Shown piece after piece: positions 22,141-36,500 of a DNA stretch of 64,000 nt (position 1 is the first letter of the stretch; every line of letters starts with the position of its first letter). The DNA is from Octopus sinensis (lineage: Eukaryota). The notes below the pieces were generated by a model that saw nothing but the letters and a program-made list of their open reading frames with translations, was not told where the DNA came from and did no database searches. A program made the position numbers and the translations under genes. The stretch spans positions 14,239,579-14,303,578 of the forward strand of contig NC_043026.1 in the NCBI RefSeq assembly GCF_006345805.1, given 5' to 3'.

Positions 22141-23375
22141 GGCGTAGGAGTGGCTGTGTGGTAAGTAGCTTGCTTACGAACCACATGGTTCCGGGTTCCG
22201 TCCCACTGCGTGGCACCTTGGGCAAATGTCTTCTACTATAGCCTCGGGCTGAACAAAGCCTTGTGAGTGGATTTGGTAGACGGAAACTGAAAGAAGCCGT
22301 CATATATATATATGTATATAGGCACAGGAGTGACTGTGTGGTAAGTAGCTTGCTTACCCCACATGGTTCCGGGTTCTGTCCCACTGCGTGGCACTTGGGC
22401 AAGTATCTTCTACTATAGCCTCGGGCCCCCAAGCCTTGTGAGTGGATTTGGTAGACAGAAACTGAAAGAAGCCGTCGTATATGTATATAATATGTATTGT
22501 GTGTGTATGTGTATATATGTATATGTGTATAGGTGCAGGATGGCTGTGTGGTAAGTAGCTTGCTTACCAACCACATGGTTCGGGTTCCGTCCCATTGCGT
22601 GGCACCTTGGGCAAGTGTCTTCTCTACTATAGCCTCAGGCAGACCAAAGCCTGTGAGTGGATTTGGTAGACAGAAACTGAAAGAAGCCCGTCGTATATAT
22701 GTATATATATGTATGTGTGTGTGTATGTATGTATATATGTATATGTGTACAGGTGCAGGAGTGGCTGTGTGGTAAGTAGCTTGCTTACCAACCACATGGT
22801 TCCGGGTTCCATCCCACTGCGTGGCACCTTGGGCAAGTGTCTTCTACTATAGCCTCAGGCAGACCAAAGCCTTTTCAGTGGATTTGGTAGACGGAAACTG
22901 AAAGAAGCCCGTCGTATATATGTATATATATGTATGTGTGTGTGTATGTATGTATATATGTATATGTGTATAGGTGCAGGAGTGGCTGTGTGGTAAGTAG
23001 CTTGCTTACCAACCACATGGTTCCGGGTTCCATCCCACTGCGTGGCAACTTGGGCAAGTGTCTTCTACTGTAGCCTCGGGCTGACCAAAGCCTTGTGAGT
23101 GGATTCGGTAGACAGAAACAAAAAGAAGCCCGTCGTATATATTTATATATATATATGTTTGTGTGTCTCTGTTTGTCCCCTTAGCATTGCTTGACAACCG
23201 ATGCTGGTGTGTTTATGTCCCCGTCACTTAGCAGTTCAGCAAAAGAGACCGATAGTATAAGTACTGGGCTTACAAAAAGAATAAGTCCCGGGGTCGATAT
23301 TTGTTCGACTATAGGCCGGTGCTCCAGCGTGGCCGCAGTCAAATGACTGAAACAAGTGAAAAGGAGTAAAGAGAG
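22141..23375 (+). mobile_element. Five tandem SINE family 1 heads (each with a microsatellite), the last with a tail
   Basis: Heads start at about 22141, 22321, 22532, 22752 and 22972; the last three have a 220-bp period. Confidence 0.85.
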
Positions 23376-23388
23376 AGATATATGTATA

Positions 23389-23740
23389 CTCTTTTACTTG
23401 TTTCGGTCATTTGACTGCGGCCATGCTGGAGCACCACCTTTTAGTACTTATTCTATCGGTCTCTTTTTGCCGAACCGCTAAGTGACGGGGACGTAAACAC
23501 ACCAGCATCGGTTGTCAAGCAATGCTAGGGGGGACAAACACAGACACACACACATATACATATATATACATATATACGACAGGCTTCTTTCAGTTTCCGT
23601 CTACCAAATCCACTCACAAGGCATTGGTCGGCCCGGGGCTATAGCAGAAGACACTTGACCAAGGTGCCACGCAGTGGGACTGAACCTGGAACCATGTGGT
23701 TGGTTAGCAAGCTACTTACCACACAGCCACTCCTGCGCCT
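23389..23740 (-). mobile_element. SINE family 1, tail-to-tail with the preceding copy
   Basis: Reverse-complement match to the family consensus. Confidence 0.85.
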
Positions 23741-23771
23741 ATGTATGTATGTAACAATTATAAAAACTTAC

Positions 23772-23832
23772 AAATAAAAAGCCAGCAAACATAAGTAACC
23801 ATTCCAATAACGAATACGTGTAACATCTTCAT
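23772..23832 (-). CDS. GT31 gene coding exon 1 (start codon and signal anchor)
   Basis: ttttttgactttgtag|gaa ATG AAG ATG TTA ... CTT TTT ATT T|GTAAGT encodes MKMLHVFVIGMVTYVCWLFI. Consensus acceptor at 23836 and donor at 23771, phase 1. Too short for the ORF track. Confidence 0.75.
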
Positions 23833-23958
23833 TTCCTACAAAGTCAAAAAATAGGAAAATAATTTTAAAAATTGAAAGTAATTTGAGAAATAATTATGTA
23901 AATGAGAGATAATTATGTAAATTGTGAATTGTTATCAACCAATTGTTATCAACCATAT

Positions 23959-24537
23959 AGGCGCAGGAGTGGCTGTGTGGTATGTAGCTTGCTAACCAAC
24001 CACATGGTTCCGGGTTCAGTCCCACTGCGTGGCATCTTGGGCAAGTGTCTTCTACTATAGCCTCGGGCCAACAAAAGCCTTGTGAGTGGATTTGGTAGAC
24101 GGAAACTGAAAGAAGCCCATCGTATATATGTATATATGTATATATATATATATATATAGATATATATATATATAGGTGCAGGAGTGGCTGTGTGGTAAGT
24201 AGCTTGTTTACCAACCACATGGTTCAGGGTTCAGTCCCACTGCGTGGCATCTTGGGCAAGTGTCTGAAAGAAGCCTGTCGTATATATGTATATATATATA
24301 TATGATATATATGTATGTGTGTGTTTGTGTGTCTGTGTTTGTCCCCCTAGCATTGCTTGACAACCGATGCTGGTGTGTTTACGTCCCCGTTACTTAGCGG
24401 TTCGGCAAAAAGAGACCGATAAAATAAGTACTGGGCTTACAAAAGAATAAGTCCTGGGGTCGATTTGCTCGATTAAAGGCGGTGCTCCAGCATGGCCGCA
24501 GTCAAATGACTGAAACAAGTAAAAGAGTAAAAAGAGT
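23959..24537 (+). mobile_element. SINE family 1 head plus a second, internally deleted copy
   Basis: Heads start at ~23959 and ~24174; the tail ends at ~24537. Confidence 0.8.
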
Positions 24538-24596
24538 ATACCTTATTTACATTGGATGGATAGGTGTCCTCACTTTACTCTGTACTCTTTTTTACT

Positions 24597-27500
24597 CTTT
24601 TACTTGTTTTAGTCATTTGACTGTGGCCATGTTGGAGCACCGCCTTTAGTCAAGCAAATCGACCCCGGGACTTATTCTTTGTAAGCCCAGTACTTATTCT
24701 ATCGGTCTCTTTTACTTGTTTCAGTCATTTGACTGTGGCCATGTTGGAGCACCGCCTTTAGTCAAGCAAATCGACCCCGGGACTTATTCTTTGTAAGCCT
24801 AGTACTTATTCTATCGGTCTCTTTTACTTGTTTCAGTCATTTGACTGTGGCCATGCTGGAGCACTACCTTTAGTCGAGCAAATCGACCCCGGGACTTATT
24901 CTTTGTAAGCCTAGTACTTATTCTATCGGTCTCTTTTACTTGTTTCAGTCATTTGACTGTGGCCATGCTGGAGCACCACCTTTAGTCGAGCAAATCGACC
25001 CCAGGACTTATTCTTTGTAAGCCTAGTACTTATTCTATCGGTCTCTTTTACTTGTTTCAGTCATTTGACTGTGGCCATGCTGGAGCACCACCTTTAGTCG
25101 AGTAAATCGACCCCAGGACTTATTCTTTGTAAGCCTAGTACTTATTCTATCGGTCTCTTTTACTTGTTTCAGTCATTTGACTGTGGCCATGCTGGAGCAC
25201 TACCTTTAGTTGAGCAAATCGACCCCAGGACTTATTCTTTGTAAGCCTAGTACTTATTCTATCGGTCTCTTTTACTTGTTTCAGTCATTTGACTGTGGCC
25301 ATGCTGGAGCACCACCTTTAGTCGAGCAAATCGACCCCAGGACTTATTCTTTGTAAGCCTAGTACTTATTCTATCGGTCTCTTTTACTTGTTTCAGTCAT
25401 TTGACTGTGGCCATGCTGGAGCACCACCTTTTAGTCAAGCAAATCGACCCCAGGACTTATTCTTTGTAAGCCTAGTACTTATTCTATCGGTCTCTTTTAC
25501 TTGTTTCAGTCATTTGACTGTGGCCATGCTGGAGCACCACCTTTAGTCGAGCAAATCGACCCCAGGACTTATTCTTTGTAAGCCTAGTACTTATTCTATC
25601 GGTCTCTTTTACTTGTTTCAGTCATTTGACTGTGGCCATGCTGGAGCACCACCTTTAGTCGAGCAAATCGACCCCAGGACTTATTCTTTGTAAGCCTAGT
25701 ACTTATTCTATCGGTCTCTTTTACTTGTTTCAGTCATTTGACTGTGGCCATGCTGGAGCACCACCTTTAGTCGAGCAAATCGACCCCAGGACTTATTCTT
25801 TGTGAGCCTAGTACTTATTCTATCGGTCTCTTTTACTTGTTTCAGTCATTTGACTGTGGCCATGCTGGAGCACCACCTTTAGTCGAGCAAATCGACCCCA
25901 GGACTTATTCTTTGTGAGCCTAGTACTTATTCTATCGGTCTCTTTTACTTGTTTCAGTCATTTGACTGTGGCCATGCTGGAGCACCACCTTTAGTCGAGT
26001 AAATCGACCCCAGGACTTATTCTTTGTAAGCTAGTACTTATTCTATCGGTCTCTTTTACTTGTTTCAGTCATTTGACTGTGGCCATGCTGGAGCACCACC
26101 TTTAGTCGAGTAAATCGACCCCAGGACTTATTCTTTGTAAGCCCAGTACTTATTCTATCGGTCTCTTTTACTTGTTTCAGTCATTTGACTGTGGCCATGC
26201 TGGAGCACCACCTTTAGTCGAGTAAATCGACCCCAGGACTTATTCTTTGTAAGCCTAGTACTTATTCTATCGGTCTCTTTTACTTGTTTCAGTCATTTGA
26301 CTGTGGCCATGCTGGAGCACCACCTTTAGTCGAGTAAATCGACCCCAGGACTTATTCTTTGTAAGCCCAGTACTTATTCTATCGGTCTCTTTTACTTGTT
26401 TCAGTCATTTGACTGTGGCCATGCTGGAGCACCACCTTTAGTCGAGTAATCGACCCCAGGACTTATTCTTTGTAAGCCTAGTACTTATTCTATCGGTCTC
26501 TTTTACTTGTTTCAGTCATTTGACTGTGGCCATGCTGGAGCACCACCTTTAGTCGAGTAAATCGACCCCAGGACTTATTCTTTGTAAGCCTAGTACTTAT
26601 TCTATCGGTCTCTTTTACTTGTTTCAGTCATTTGACTGTGGCCATGCTGGAGCACCACCTTTAGTCGAGTAAATCGACCCCAGGACTTATTCTTTGTAAG
26701 CCTAGTACTTATTCTATCGGTCTCTTTTACTTGTTTCAGTCATTTGACTGTGGCCATGCTGGAGCACCACCTTTAGTCGAGTAAATCGACCCCAGGACTT
26801 ATTCTTTGTAAGCCCAGTACTTATTCTATCGGTCTCTTTTACTTGTTTCAGTCATTTGACTGTGGCCATGCTGGAGCACCACCTTTAGTCGAGTAAATCG
26901 ACCCCAGGACTTATTCTTTGTAAGCCTAGTACTTATTCTATCGGTCTCTTTTACTTGTTTCAGTCATTTGACTGTGGCCATGCTGGAGCACCGCCTTTAG
27001 TCAAGCAAATCGACCCCAGGACTTATTCTTTGTAGGCCTAGTACTTATTCTATCGGTCTCTTTTACTTGTTTCAGTCATTTGACTGTGGCCATGCTGGAG
27101 CCCCACCTTTAGTCGAGCAAATCGACCCCAGGACTTATTTTTTGAGGCCTAGTACTTATTCTATCGTCTCTTTTACTTGTTTCAGTCATTTGACTGTGGC
27201 CATGCTGGAGCCCCACCTTTAGTCGAGCAAATCGACCCCAGGACTTATTCTTTGTAGGCCTAGTACTTATTCTATCGGTCTCTTTTACTTGTTTCAGTCA
27301 TTTGACTGTGGCCATGCTGGAGCCCCACCTTTAGTCGAGCAAATCGACCCCAGGACTTATTCTTTGTAGGCCTAGTACTTATTCTATCGGTCTCTTTTAC
27401 TTGTTTCAGTCATTTGACTGTGGCCATGCTGGAGCCCACCTTTAGTCGAGTAAATCGACCCCAGGACTTATTCTTTGTAGGCCTAGTACTTATTCTATCG

Positions 27501-30500
27501 GTCTCTTTTACTTGCTTCAGTCATTTGACTGTGGCCATGCTGGAGCACCGCCTTTAGTCAAGCAAATCGACCCCAGGACTTATTCTTTGTAAGCCTAGTA
27601 CTTATTCTATCGGTCTCTTTTACTTGTTTCAGTCATTTGACTGTGGCCATGCTGGAGCACCACCTTTAGTCGAGCAAATCGACCCCAGGACTTATTCTTT
27701 GTAAGCCTAGTACTTATTCTATCGGTCTCTTTTACTTGTTTCAGTCATTTGACTGTGGCCATGCTGGAGCACCACCTTTAGTTGAGCAAATCGACCCCGG
27801 GACTTATTCTTTGTAAGCCTAGTACTTATTCTATCGGTCTCTTTTACTTGTTTCAGTCATTTGACTGTGGCCATGCTGGAGCACCGCTTTAGTCAAGCAA
27901 ATCGACCCCAGGACTTATTCTTTGTAGGCCTAGTACTTATTCTATCGGTCTCTTTTACTTGTTTCAGTCATTTGACTGTGGCCATGCTGGAGCCCCACCT
28001 TTAGTCGAGCAAATCGACCCCAGGACTTATTCTTTGTAAGCCTAGTACTTATTCTATCGGTCTCTTTTACCTTCAGTCATTTGACTGTGGCCATGCTGGA
28101 GCACCGCCTTTAGTCAAGCAAATCGACCCCAGGACTTATTCTTTGTAAGCCTAGTACTTATTCTATCGGTCTCTTTTACTTGTTTCAGTCATTTGACTGT
28201 GGCCATGCTGGAGCACCACCTTTAGTCGAGCAAATCGACCCCAGGACTTATTCTTTGTAAGCCTAGTACTTATTCTATCGGTCTCTTTTACTTGTTTCAG
28301 TCATTTGACTGTGGCCATGCTGGAGCACCGCCTTTAGTCAAGCAAATCGACCCCAGGACTTATTCTTTGTAAGCCTAGTACTTATTCTATCGGTCTCTTT
28401 TACTTGTTTCAGTCATTTGACTGTGGCCATGCTGGAGCACCACCTTTAGTCGAGCAAATCGACCCCAGGACTTATTCTTTGTAAGCCCAGTACTTATTCT
28501 ATCGGTCTTTTACTTGTTTCAGTCATTTGACTGTGGCCATGCTGGAGCACACCTTTAGTCGAGCAAATCGACCCCAGGACTTATTCTTTGTAAGCCTAGT
28601 ACTTATTCTATCGGTCTCTTTTACTTGTTTCAGTCATTTGACTGTGGCCATGCTGGAGCACCACCTTTAGTCGAGCAAATCGACCCCAGGACTTATTCTT
28701 TGTAAGCCTAGTACTTATTCTATCGGTCTCTTTTACTTGTTTCAGTCATTTGACTGTGGCCATGCTGGAGCACCACCTTTAGTCGAGCAAATCGACCCCA
28801 GGACTTATTCTTTGTAAGCCTAGTACTTATTCTATCGGTCTCTTTTACTTGTTTCAGTCATTTGACTGTGGCCATGCTGGAGCACCACCTTTAGTCGAGC
28901 AAATCGACCCCGGGACTTATTCTTTGTAAGCCTAGTACTTATTCTATCGGTCTCTTTTACTTGTTTCAGTCATTTGACTGTGGCCATGCTGGAGCACCAC
29001 CTTTAGTCGAGCAAATCGACCCCAGGACTTATTCTTTGTAAGCCTAGTACTTATTCTATCAGTCTCTTTTACTTGTTTCAGTCATTTGACTGTGGCCATG
29101 CTGGAGCACTACCTTTAGTCGAGCAAATCGACCCCGGGACTTATTCTTTGTAAGCCTAGTACTTATTCTATCGGTCTCTTTTACTTGTTTCAGTCATTTG
29201 ACTGTGGCCATGCTGGAGCACTACCTTTAGTCGAGCAAATCGACCCCGGGACTTATTCTTTGTAAGCCTAGTACTTATTCTATCGGTCTCTTTTACTTGT
29301 TTCAGTCATTTGACTGTGGCCATGCTGGAGCACTACCTTTAGTCGAGCAAATCGACCCCGGGACTTATTCTTTGTAAGCCTAGTACTACTATTCTATCGG
29401 TCTCTTTTACTTGTTTCAGTCATTTGACTGTGGCCATGCTGGAGCACTACCTTTAGTCGAGCAAATCGACCCCAGGACTTATTCTTTGTAAGCCTAGTAC
29501 TTATTCTGTCGGTCTCTTTTACTTGTTTCAGTCATTTGACTGTGGCCATGCTGGAGCACCACCTTTTAGTCAAGCAAATCGACCCCGGGACTTATTCTTT
29601 GTAAGCCTAGTACTTATTCTATCGGTCTCTTTTACTTGTTTCAGTCATTTGACTGTGGCCATGCTGGAGCACCACCTTTTAGTCAAGCAAATCGACCCCG
29701 GGACTTATTCTTTGTAAGCCTAGTACTTATTCTATCGGTCTCTTTTACTTGTTTCAGTCATTTGACTGTGGCCGTGCTGGAGCACTACCTTTAGTCGAGC
29801 AAATCGACCCCGGGACTTATTCTTTGTAAGCCTAGTACTTATTCTATCGGTCTCTTTTACTTGTTTCAGTCATTTGACTGCGGCCACGCTGGAGCACCGC
29901 CTTTAGTCGAGCAAATCGACCCCGGGGACTTATTCTTTGTAAGCCTAGTACTTATTCTATCGGTCTCTTTTACTTGTTTCAGTCATTTGACTGTGGCCAT
30001 GCTGGAGCACCGCCTTTAGTCGAGCAAATCGACCCCGGGACTTATTCTTTGTAAGCCTAGTACTTATTCTATCGGTCTCTTTTACTTGTTTCAGTCATTT
30101 GACTGTGGCCATGTGGGAGCACCGCCTTTTAGTCGAGCAAATCGACCCCAGGACTTATTCTTTGTAAGCCCAGTACTTATTCTATCTGTCTCTTTTACTT
30201 GTTTCAGTCATTTGACTGTGGCCATGCTGGAGCACTACCTTTAGTCGAGCAAATCGACCCCAGGACTTATTCTTTGTAAGCCTAGTACTTATTCTATCGG
30301 TCTCTTTTACTTGTTTCAGTCATTTGACTGTGGCCATGCTGGAGCACCACCTTTTAGTCAAGCAAATCGACCCCGGGACTTATTCTTTGTAAGCCTAGTA
30401 CTTATTCTATCGGTCTCTTTTACTTGTTTCAGTCATTTGATTGTGGCCATGCTGGAGCACTACCTTTAGTCGAGCAAATCGACCCCGGGACTTATTCTTT

Positions 30501-33500
30501 GTAAGCCTAGTACTTATTCTATCGGTCTCTTTTACTTGTTTCAGTCATTTGACTGCGGCCATGCTGGAGCACCGCCTTTAGTCGAGCAAATCGACCCCGG
30601 GACTTATTCTTTGTAAGCCTAGTACTTATTCTATCGGTCTCTTTTACTTGTTTCAGTCATTTGACTGTGGCCATGCTGGAGCACCGCCATTTAGTCGAGC
30701 AAATCGACCCCAGGACTTATTCTTTGTAAGCCTAGTACTTATTCTATCGGTCTCTTTTACTTGTTTCAGTCATTTGACTGTGGCCATGCTGGAGCTCCGC
30801 CTTTTAGTCGAGCAAATCGACCCCAGGACTTATTCTTTGTAAGCCCAGTACTTATTCTATCGGTCTCTTTTACTTGTTTCAGTCATTTGACAGTGGCCAT
30901 GCTGGAGCACCGCCATTTAGTCGAGCAAATCGACCCCAGGACTTATTCTTTGTAAGCCTAGTACTTATTCTATCGGTCTCTTTTACTTGTTTCAGTCATT
31001 TGACTGTGGCCATGCTGGAGCACCGCCTTTTAGTCGAGCAAATCGACCCCAGGACTTATTCTTTGTAAGCCCAGTACTTATTCTATCGGTCTCTTTTACT
31101 TGTTTCAGTCATTTGACTGCGGCCATGCTGGAGCACCGCCTTTAGTCAAGCAAATCGACCCCAGGACTTATTCTTTGTAAGCCTAGTACTTATTCTATTG
31201 GTCTCTTTTACTTGTTTCAGTCATTTGACTGCGGCCATGCTGGAGCACCGCCTTTAGTCAAGCAAATCGACCCCAGGACTTATTCTTTGTAAGCCTAGTA
31301 CTTATTCTATCGGTCTCTTTACTTGTTTCAGTCATTTGACTGCGGCCATGCTGGATCACCGCCTTTAGTCAAGCAAATCGACCCCGGGACTTATTCTTTG
31401 TAAGCCTAGTACTTATTCTATCGGTCTCTTTTACTTGTTTCAGTCATTTGACTGTGGCCATGCTGGAGCACCACCTTTTAGTCAAGCAAATCCACCCCGG
31501 GACTTATTCTTTGTAAGCCTAGTACTTATTCTATTGGTCTCTTTTACTTGTTTCAGTCATTTGACTGTGGCCATGCTGGAGCACCACCTTTTAGTCAAGC
31601 AAATCGACCCCGGGACTTATTCTTTGTAAGCCTAGTACTTATTCTATCGGTCTCTTTTACTTGTTTCTGTCATTTGACTGTGGCCATGCTGGAGCACCAC
31701 CTTTTAGTCAAGCAAATCGACCCCGGGACTTATTCTTTGTAAGCCTAGTACTTATTCTATTGGTCTCTTTTACTTGTTTCAGTCATTTGACTGTGGCCAT
31801 GCTGGAGCACCACCTTTAGTCAAGCAAATCGACCCCGGGACATATTGTTTGTAAGCCTAGTACTTATTCTATCGGTCTCTTTTACTTGTTTCAGTCATTT
31901 GACTGTGGCCATGCTGGAGCACCACCTTAGTCAAGCAAATCGACCCCAGGACTTATTCTTTGTAAGCCTAGTACTTATTCTATCGGTCTCTTTTACTTGT
32001 TTCAGTCATTTGACTGTGGCCATGCTGGAGCACTACCTTTAGTTGAGCAAATCGACCCCGGGACTTATTCTTTGTAAGCCTAGTACTTATTCTATCGGTC
32101 TCTTTTTCTTGTTTCAGTCATTTGACTGTGGCCATGCTGGAGCACCGCCTTTAGTCGAATCAAATCGACCCCAGGACTTATTCTTTGTAAGCCTAGCACT
32201 TATTCTATCGGTCTCTTTTACTTGTTTCAGTCATTTGACTGTGGCCATGCTGGAGCACTACCTTTAGTCGAGCAAATCGACCCCAGGACTTATTCTTTGT
32301 AAGCCTAGTACTTATTCTATCGGTCTCTTTTACTTGTTTCAGTCATTTGACTGTGGCCATGCTGGAGCACCACCTTTTAGTCAAGCAAATCGACCCCAGG
32401 ACTTATTCTTTGTAAGCCTAGTACTTATTCTATCAGTCTCTTTTACTTATTTCAGTCATTTGACTGTGGCCATGCTGGAGCACTACCTTTAGTCGAGCAA
32501 ATCGACCCCGGGACTTATTCTTTGTAAGCCTAGTACTTATTCTATCGGTCTCTTTTACTTGTTTCAGTCATTTGACTGTGGCCATGCTGGAGCACTACCT
32601 TTAGTCGAGCAAATCGACCCCGGGACTTATTCTTTGTAAGCCTAGTACTTATTCTGTCGGTCTTTTACTTGTTTCAGTCATTTGACTGTGGCCATGCTGG
32701 AGCACTACCTTTAGTCGAGCAAATCGACCCCGGGACTTATTCTTTGTAAGCCTAGTACTTATTCTATCGGTCTCTTTTACTTTTTCAGTCATTTGACTGT
32801 GGCCATGCTGGAGCACTACCTTTAGTCGAGCAAATCGACCCCGGGACTTATTCTTTGTAAGCCTAGTACTTATTCTATCGGTCTCTTTTACTTGTTTCAG
32901 TCATTTGACTGTGGCCATGCTGGAGCACTACCTTTAGTCGAGCAAATCGACCCCGGGACTTATTCTTTGTAAGCCTAGTACTTATTCTGTCGGTCTCTTT
33001 TACTTGTTTCAGTCATTTGACTGTGGCCATGCTGGAGCACTACCTTTAGTCGAGCAAATCGACCCCGGGACTTATTCTTTGTAAGCCTAGTACTTATTCT
33101 ATCGGTCTCTTTTACTTGTTTCAGTCATTTGACTGTGGCCATGCTGGAGCACTACCTTTAGTCGAGCAAATCGACCCCGGGACTTATTCTTTGTAAGCCT
33201 AGTACTTATTCTATCGGTCTCTTTTACTTGTTTCAGTCATTTGACTGTGGCCATGCTGGAGCACTACCTTTAGTCGAGCAAATCGACCCCGGGACTTATT
33301 CTTTGTAAGCCTAGTACTTATTCTATCGGTCTCTTTTACTTGTTTCAGTCATTTGACTGTGGCCATGCTGGAGCACTACCTTTAGTCGAGCAAATCGACC
33401 CCAGGACTTATTCTTTGTAAGCCTAGTACTTATTCTATCGGTCTCTTTTACTTGTTTCAGTCATTTGACTGTGGCCATGCTGGAGCACCACCTTTAGTCA

Positions 33501-36500
33501 AGCAAATCGACCCCGGGACTTATTCTTTGTAAGCCTAGTACTTATTCTATCGGTCTCTTTTACTTGTTTCAGTCATTTGACTGTGGCCATGCTGGAGCAC
33601 TACCTTTAGTCGAGCAAATCGACCCCGGGACTTATTCTTTGTAAGCCTAGTACTTATTCTATCGGTCTCTTTTACTTGTTTCAGTCATTTGACTGCGGCC
33701 ACGCTGGAGCACCGCCTTTAGTCGAGCAAATCGACCCCGGGGACTTATTCTTTGTAAGCCTAGTACTTATTCTATCGGTCTCTTTTACTTGTTTCAGTCA
33801 TTTGACTGTGGCCATGCTGGAGCACCGCCTTTAGTCGAGCAAATCGACCCCGGGACTTATTCTTTGTAAGCCTAGTACTTATTCTATCGGTCTCTTTTAC
33901 TTGTTTCAGTCATTTGACTGTGGCCATGCTGGAGCACCGCCTTTTAGTCGAGCAAATCGACCCCAGGACTTATTCTTTGTAAGCCCAGTACTTATTCTAT
34001 CTGTCTCTTTTACTTGTTTCAGTCATTTGACTGTGGCCATGCTGGAGCACTACCTTTAGTCGAGCAAATCGACCCCGGGACTTATTCTTTGTAAGCCTAG
34101 TACTTATTCTATCGGTCTCTTTTACTTGTTTCAGTCATTTGACTGTGGCCATGCTGGAGCACCACCTTTTAGTCAAGCAAATCGACCCCGGGACTTATTC
34201 TTTGTAAGCCTAGTACTTATTCTATCGGTCTCTTTTACTTGTTTCAGTCATTTGACTGTGGCCATGCTGGAGCACTACCTTTAGTCGAGCAAATCGACCC
34301 CGGGACTTATTCTTTGTAAGCCTAGTACTTATTCTATCGGTCTCTTTTACTTGTTTCAGTCATTTGACTGCGGCCATGCTGGAGCACCGCCTTTAGTCGA
34401 GCAAATCGACCCCGGGACTTATTCTTTGTAAGCCTAGTACTTATTCTATCGGTCTCTTTTACTTGTTTCAGTCATTTGACTGTGGCCATGGGAGCACCGC
34501 CATTTAGTCGAGCAAATCGACCCCAGGACTTATTCTTTGTAAGCCTAGTACTTATTCTATCGGTCTCTTTTACTTGTTTCAGTCATTTGACTGTGGCCAT
34601 GTTGGAGCTCCGCCTTTTAGTCGAGCAAATCGACCCCAGGACTTATTCTTTGTAAGCCCAGTACTTATTCTATCGGTCTCTTTTACTTGTTTCAGTCATT
34701 TGACAGTGGCCATGCTGGAGCACCGCCATTTAGTCGAGCAAATCGACCCCAGTACTTATTCTTTGTAAGCCTAGTACTTATTCTATCGGTCTCTTTTACT
34801 TGTTTCAGTCATTTGACTGTGGCCATGCTGGAGCACCGCCTTTTAGTCGAGCAAATCGACCCCAGGACTTATTCTTTGTAAGCCCAGTACTTATTCTATC
34901 GGTCTCTTTTACTTGTTTCAGTCATTTGACTGCGGCCATGCTGGAGCACCGCCTTTAGTCAGCAAATCGACCCCAGGACTTATTCTTTGTAAGCCTAGTA
35001 CTTATTCTATTGGTCTCTTTTACTTGTTTCAGTCATTTGACTGCGGCCATGCTGGAGCACCGCCTTTAGTCAAGCAAATCGACCCCAGGACTTATTCTTT
35101 GTAAGCCTAGTACTTATTCTATCGGTCTCTTTTACTTGTTTCAGTCATTTGACTGCGGCCATGCTAGATCACCGCCTTTAGTCAAGCAAATCGACCCCAG
35201 GACTTATTCTTTGTAAGCCTAGTACTTATTCTATCGGTCTCTTTTACTTGTTTCAGTCATTTGACTGCGGCCATGCTGGAGCACCGCCTTTAGTCGAGCA
35301 AATCGACCCCAGGACTTATTCTTTGTAAGCCTAGGACTTATTCTATCGGTCTCTTTTACTTGTTTCAGTCATTGACTGCGGCCATGCTGGAGCACCGCCT
35401 TTAGTCAAGCAAATCGACCCCAGGACTTATTCTTTGTAAGCCTAGTACTTATTCTATCGGTCTCTTTTACTTGTTTCAGTCATTTGACTGTGGCCATGCT
35501 GGAGCACCGCCTTTAGTCAAGCAAATCGACCCCAGGACTTATTCTTTGTAAGCCTAGTACTTATTCTATCGGTCTCTTTTACTTGTTTCAGTCATTTGAC
35601 TGTGGCCATGCTGGAGCACCACCTTTTAGTCAAGCAAATCGACCCCGGGACTTATTCTTTGTAAGCCTAGTACTTATTCTATCGGTCTCTTTTACTTGTT
35701 TCAGTCATTTGATTGTGGCCATGCTGGAGCACCACTTTTAGTCGAGCAAATCGACCCCGGACTTATTCTTTGTAAGCCTAGTACTTATTCTATTGGTCTC
35801 TTTTACTTGTTTCACTCATTTGATTGTGGCCATGCTGGAGCACCACTTTTAGTCGAGCAAATCGACCCCGGGACTTATTCTTTGTAAGCCTAGTACTTAT
35901 TCTATCGGTCTCTTTTACTTGTTTCTGTCATTTGACTGTGGCCATGCTGGAGCACCACCTTTTAGTCAAGCAAATCGACCCCGGGACTTATTCTTTGTAA
36001 GCCTAGTACTTATTCTATTGGTCTCTTTTACTTGTTTCAGTCATTTGACTGTGGCCATGCTGGAGCACCACCTTTTAGTCAAGCAAATCGACCCCGGGAC
36101 ATATTGTTTGTAAGCCTAGTACTTATTCTATCGGTCTCTTTTACTTGTTTCAGTCATTTGACTGTGGCCATGCTGGAGCACCGCCTTTAGTCAAGCAAAT
36201 CGACCCCAGGACTTATTCTTTGTAAGCCTAGTACTTATTCTATCGGTCTCTTTTACTTGTTTCAGTCATTTGACTGTGGCCATGCTGGAGCACCGCCTTT
36301 AGTCGAATCAAATCGACCCCAGGACTTATTCTTTGTAAGCCTAGTACTTATTCTATCGGTCTCTTTTACTTGTTTCAGTCATTTGACTGTGGCCATGCTG
36401 GAGCACTACCTTTAGTCGAGCAAATCGACCCCAGGACTTATTCTTTGTAAGCCTAGTACTTATTCTATCGGTCTCTTTTACTGTTTCAGTCATTTGACTG

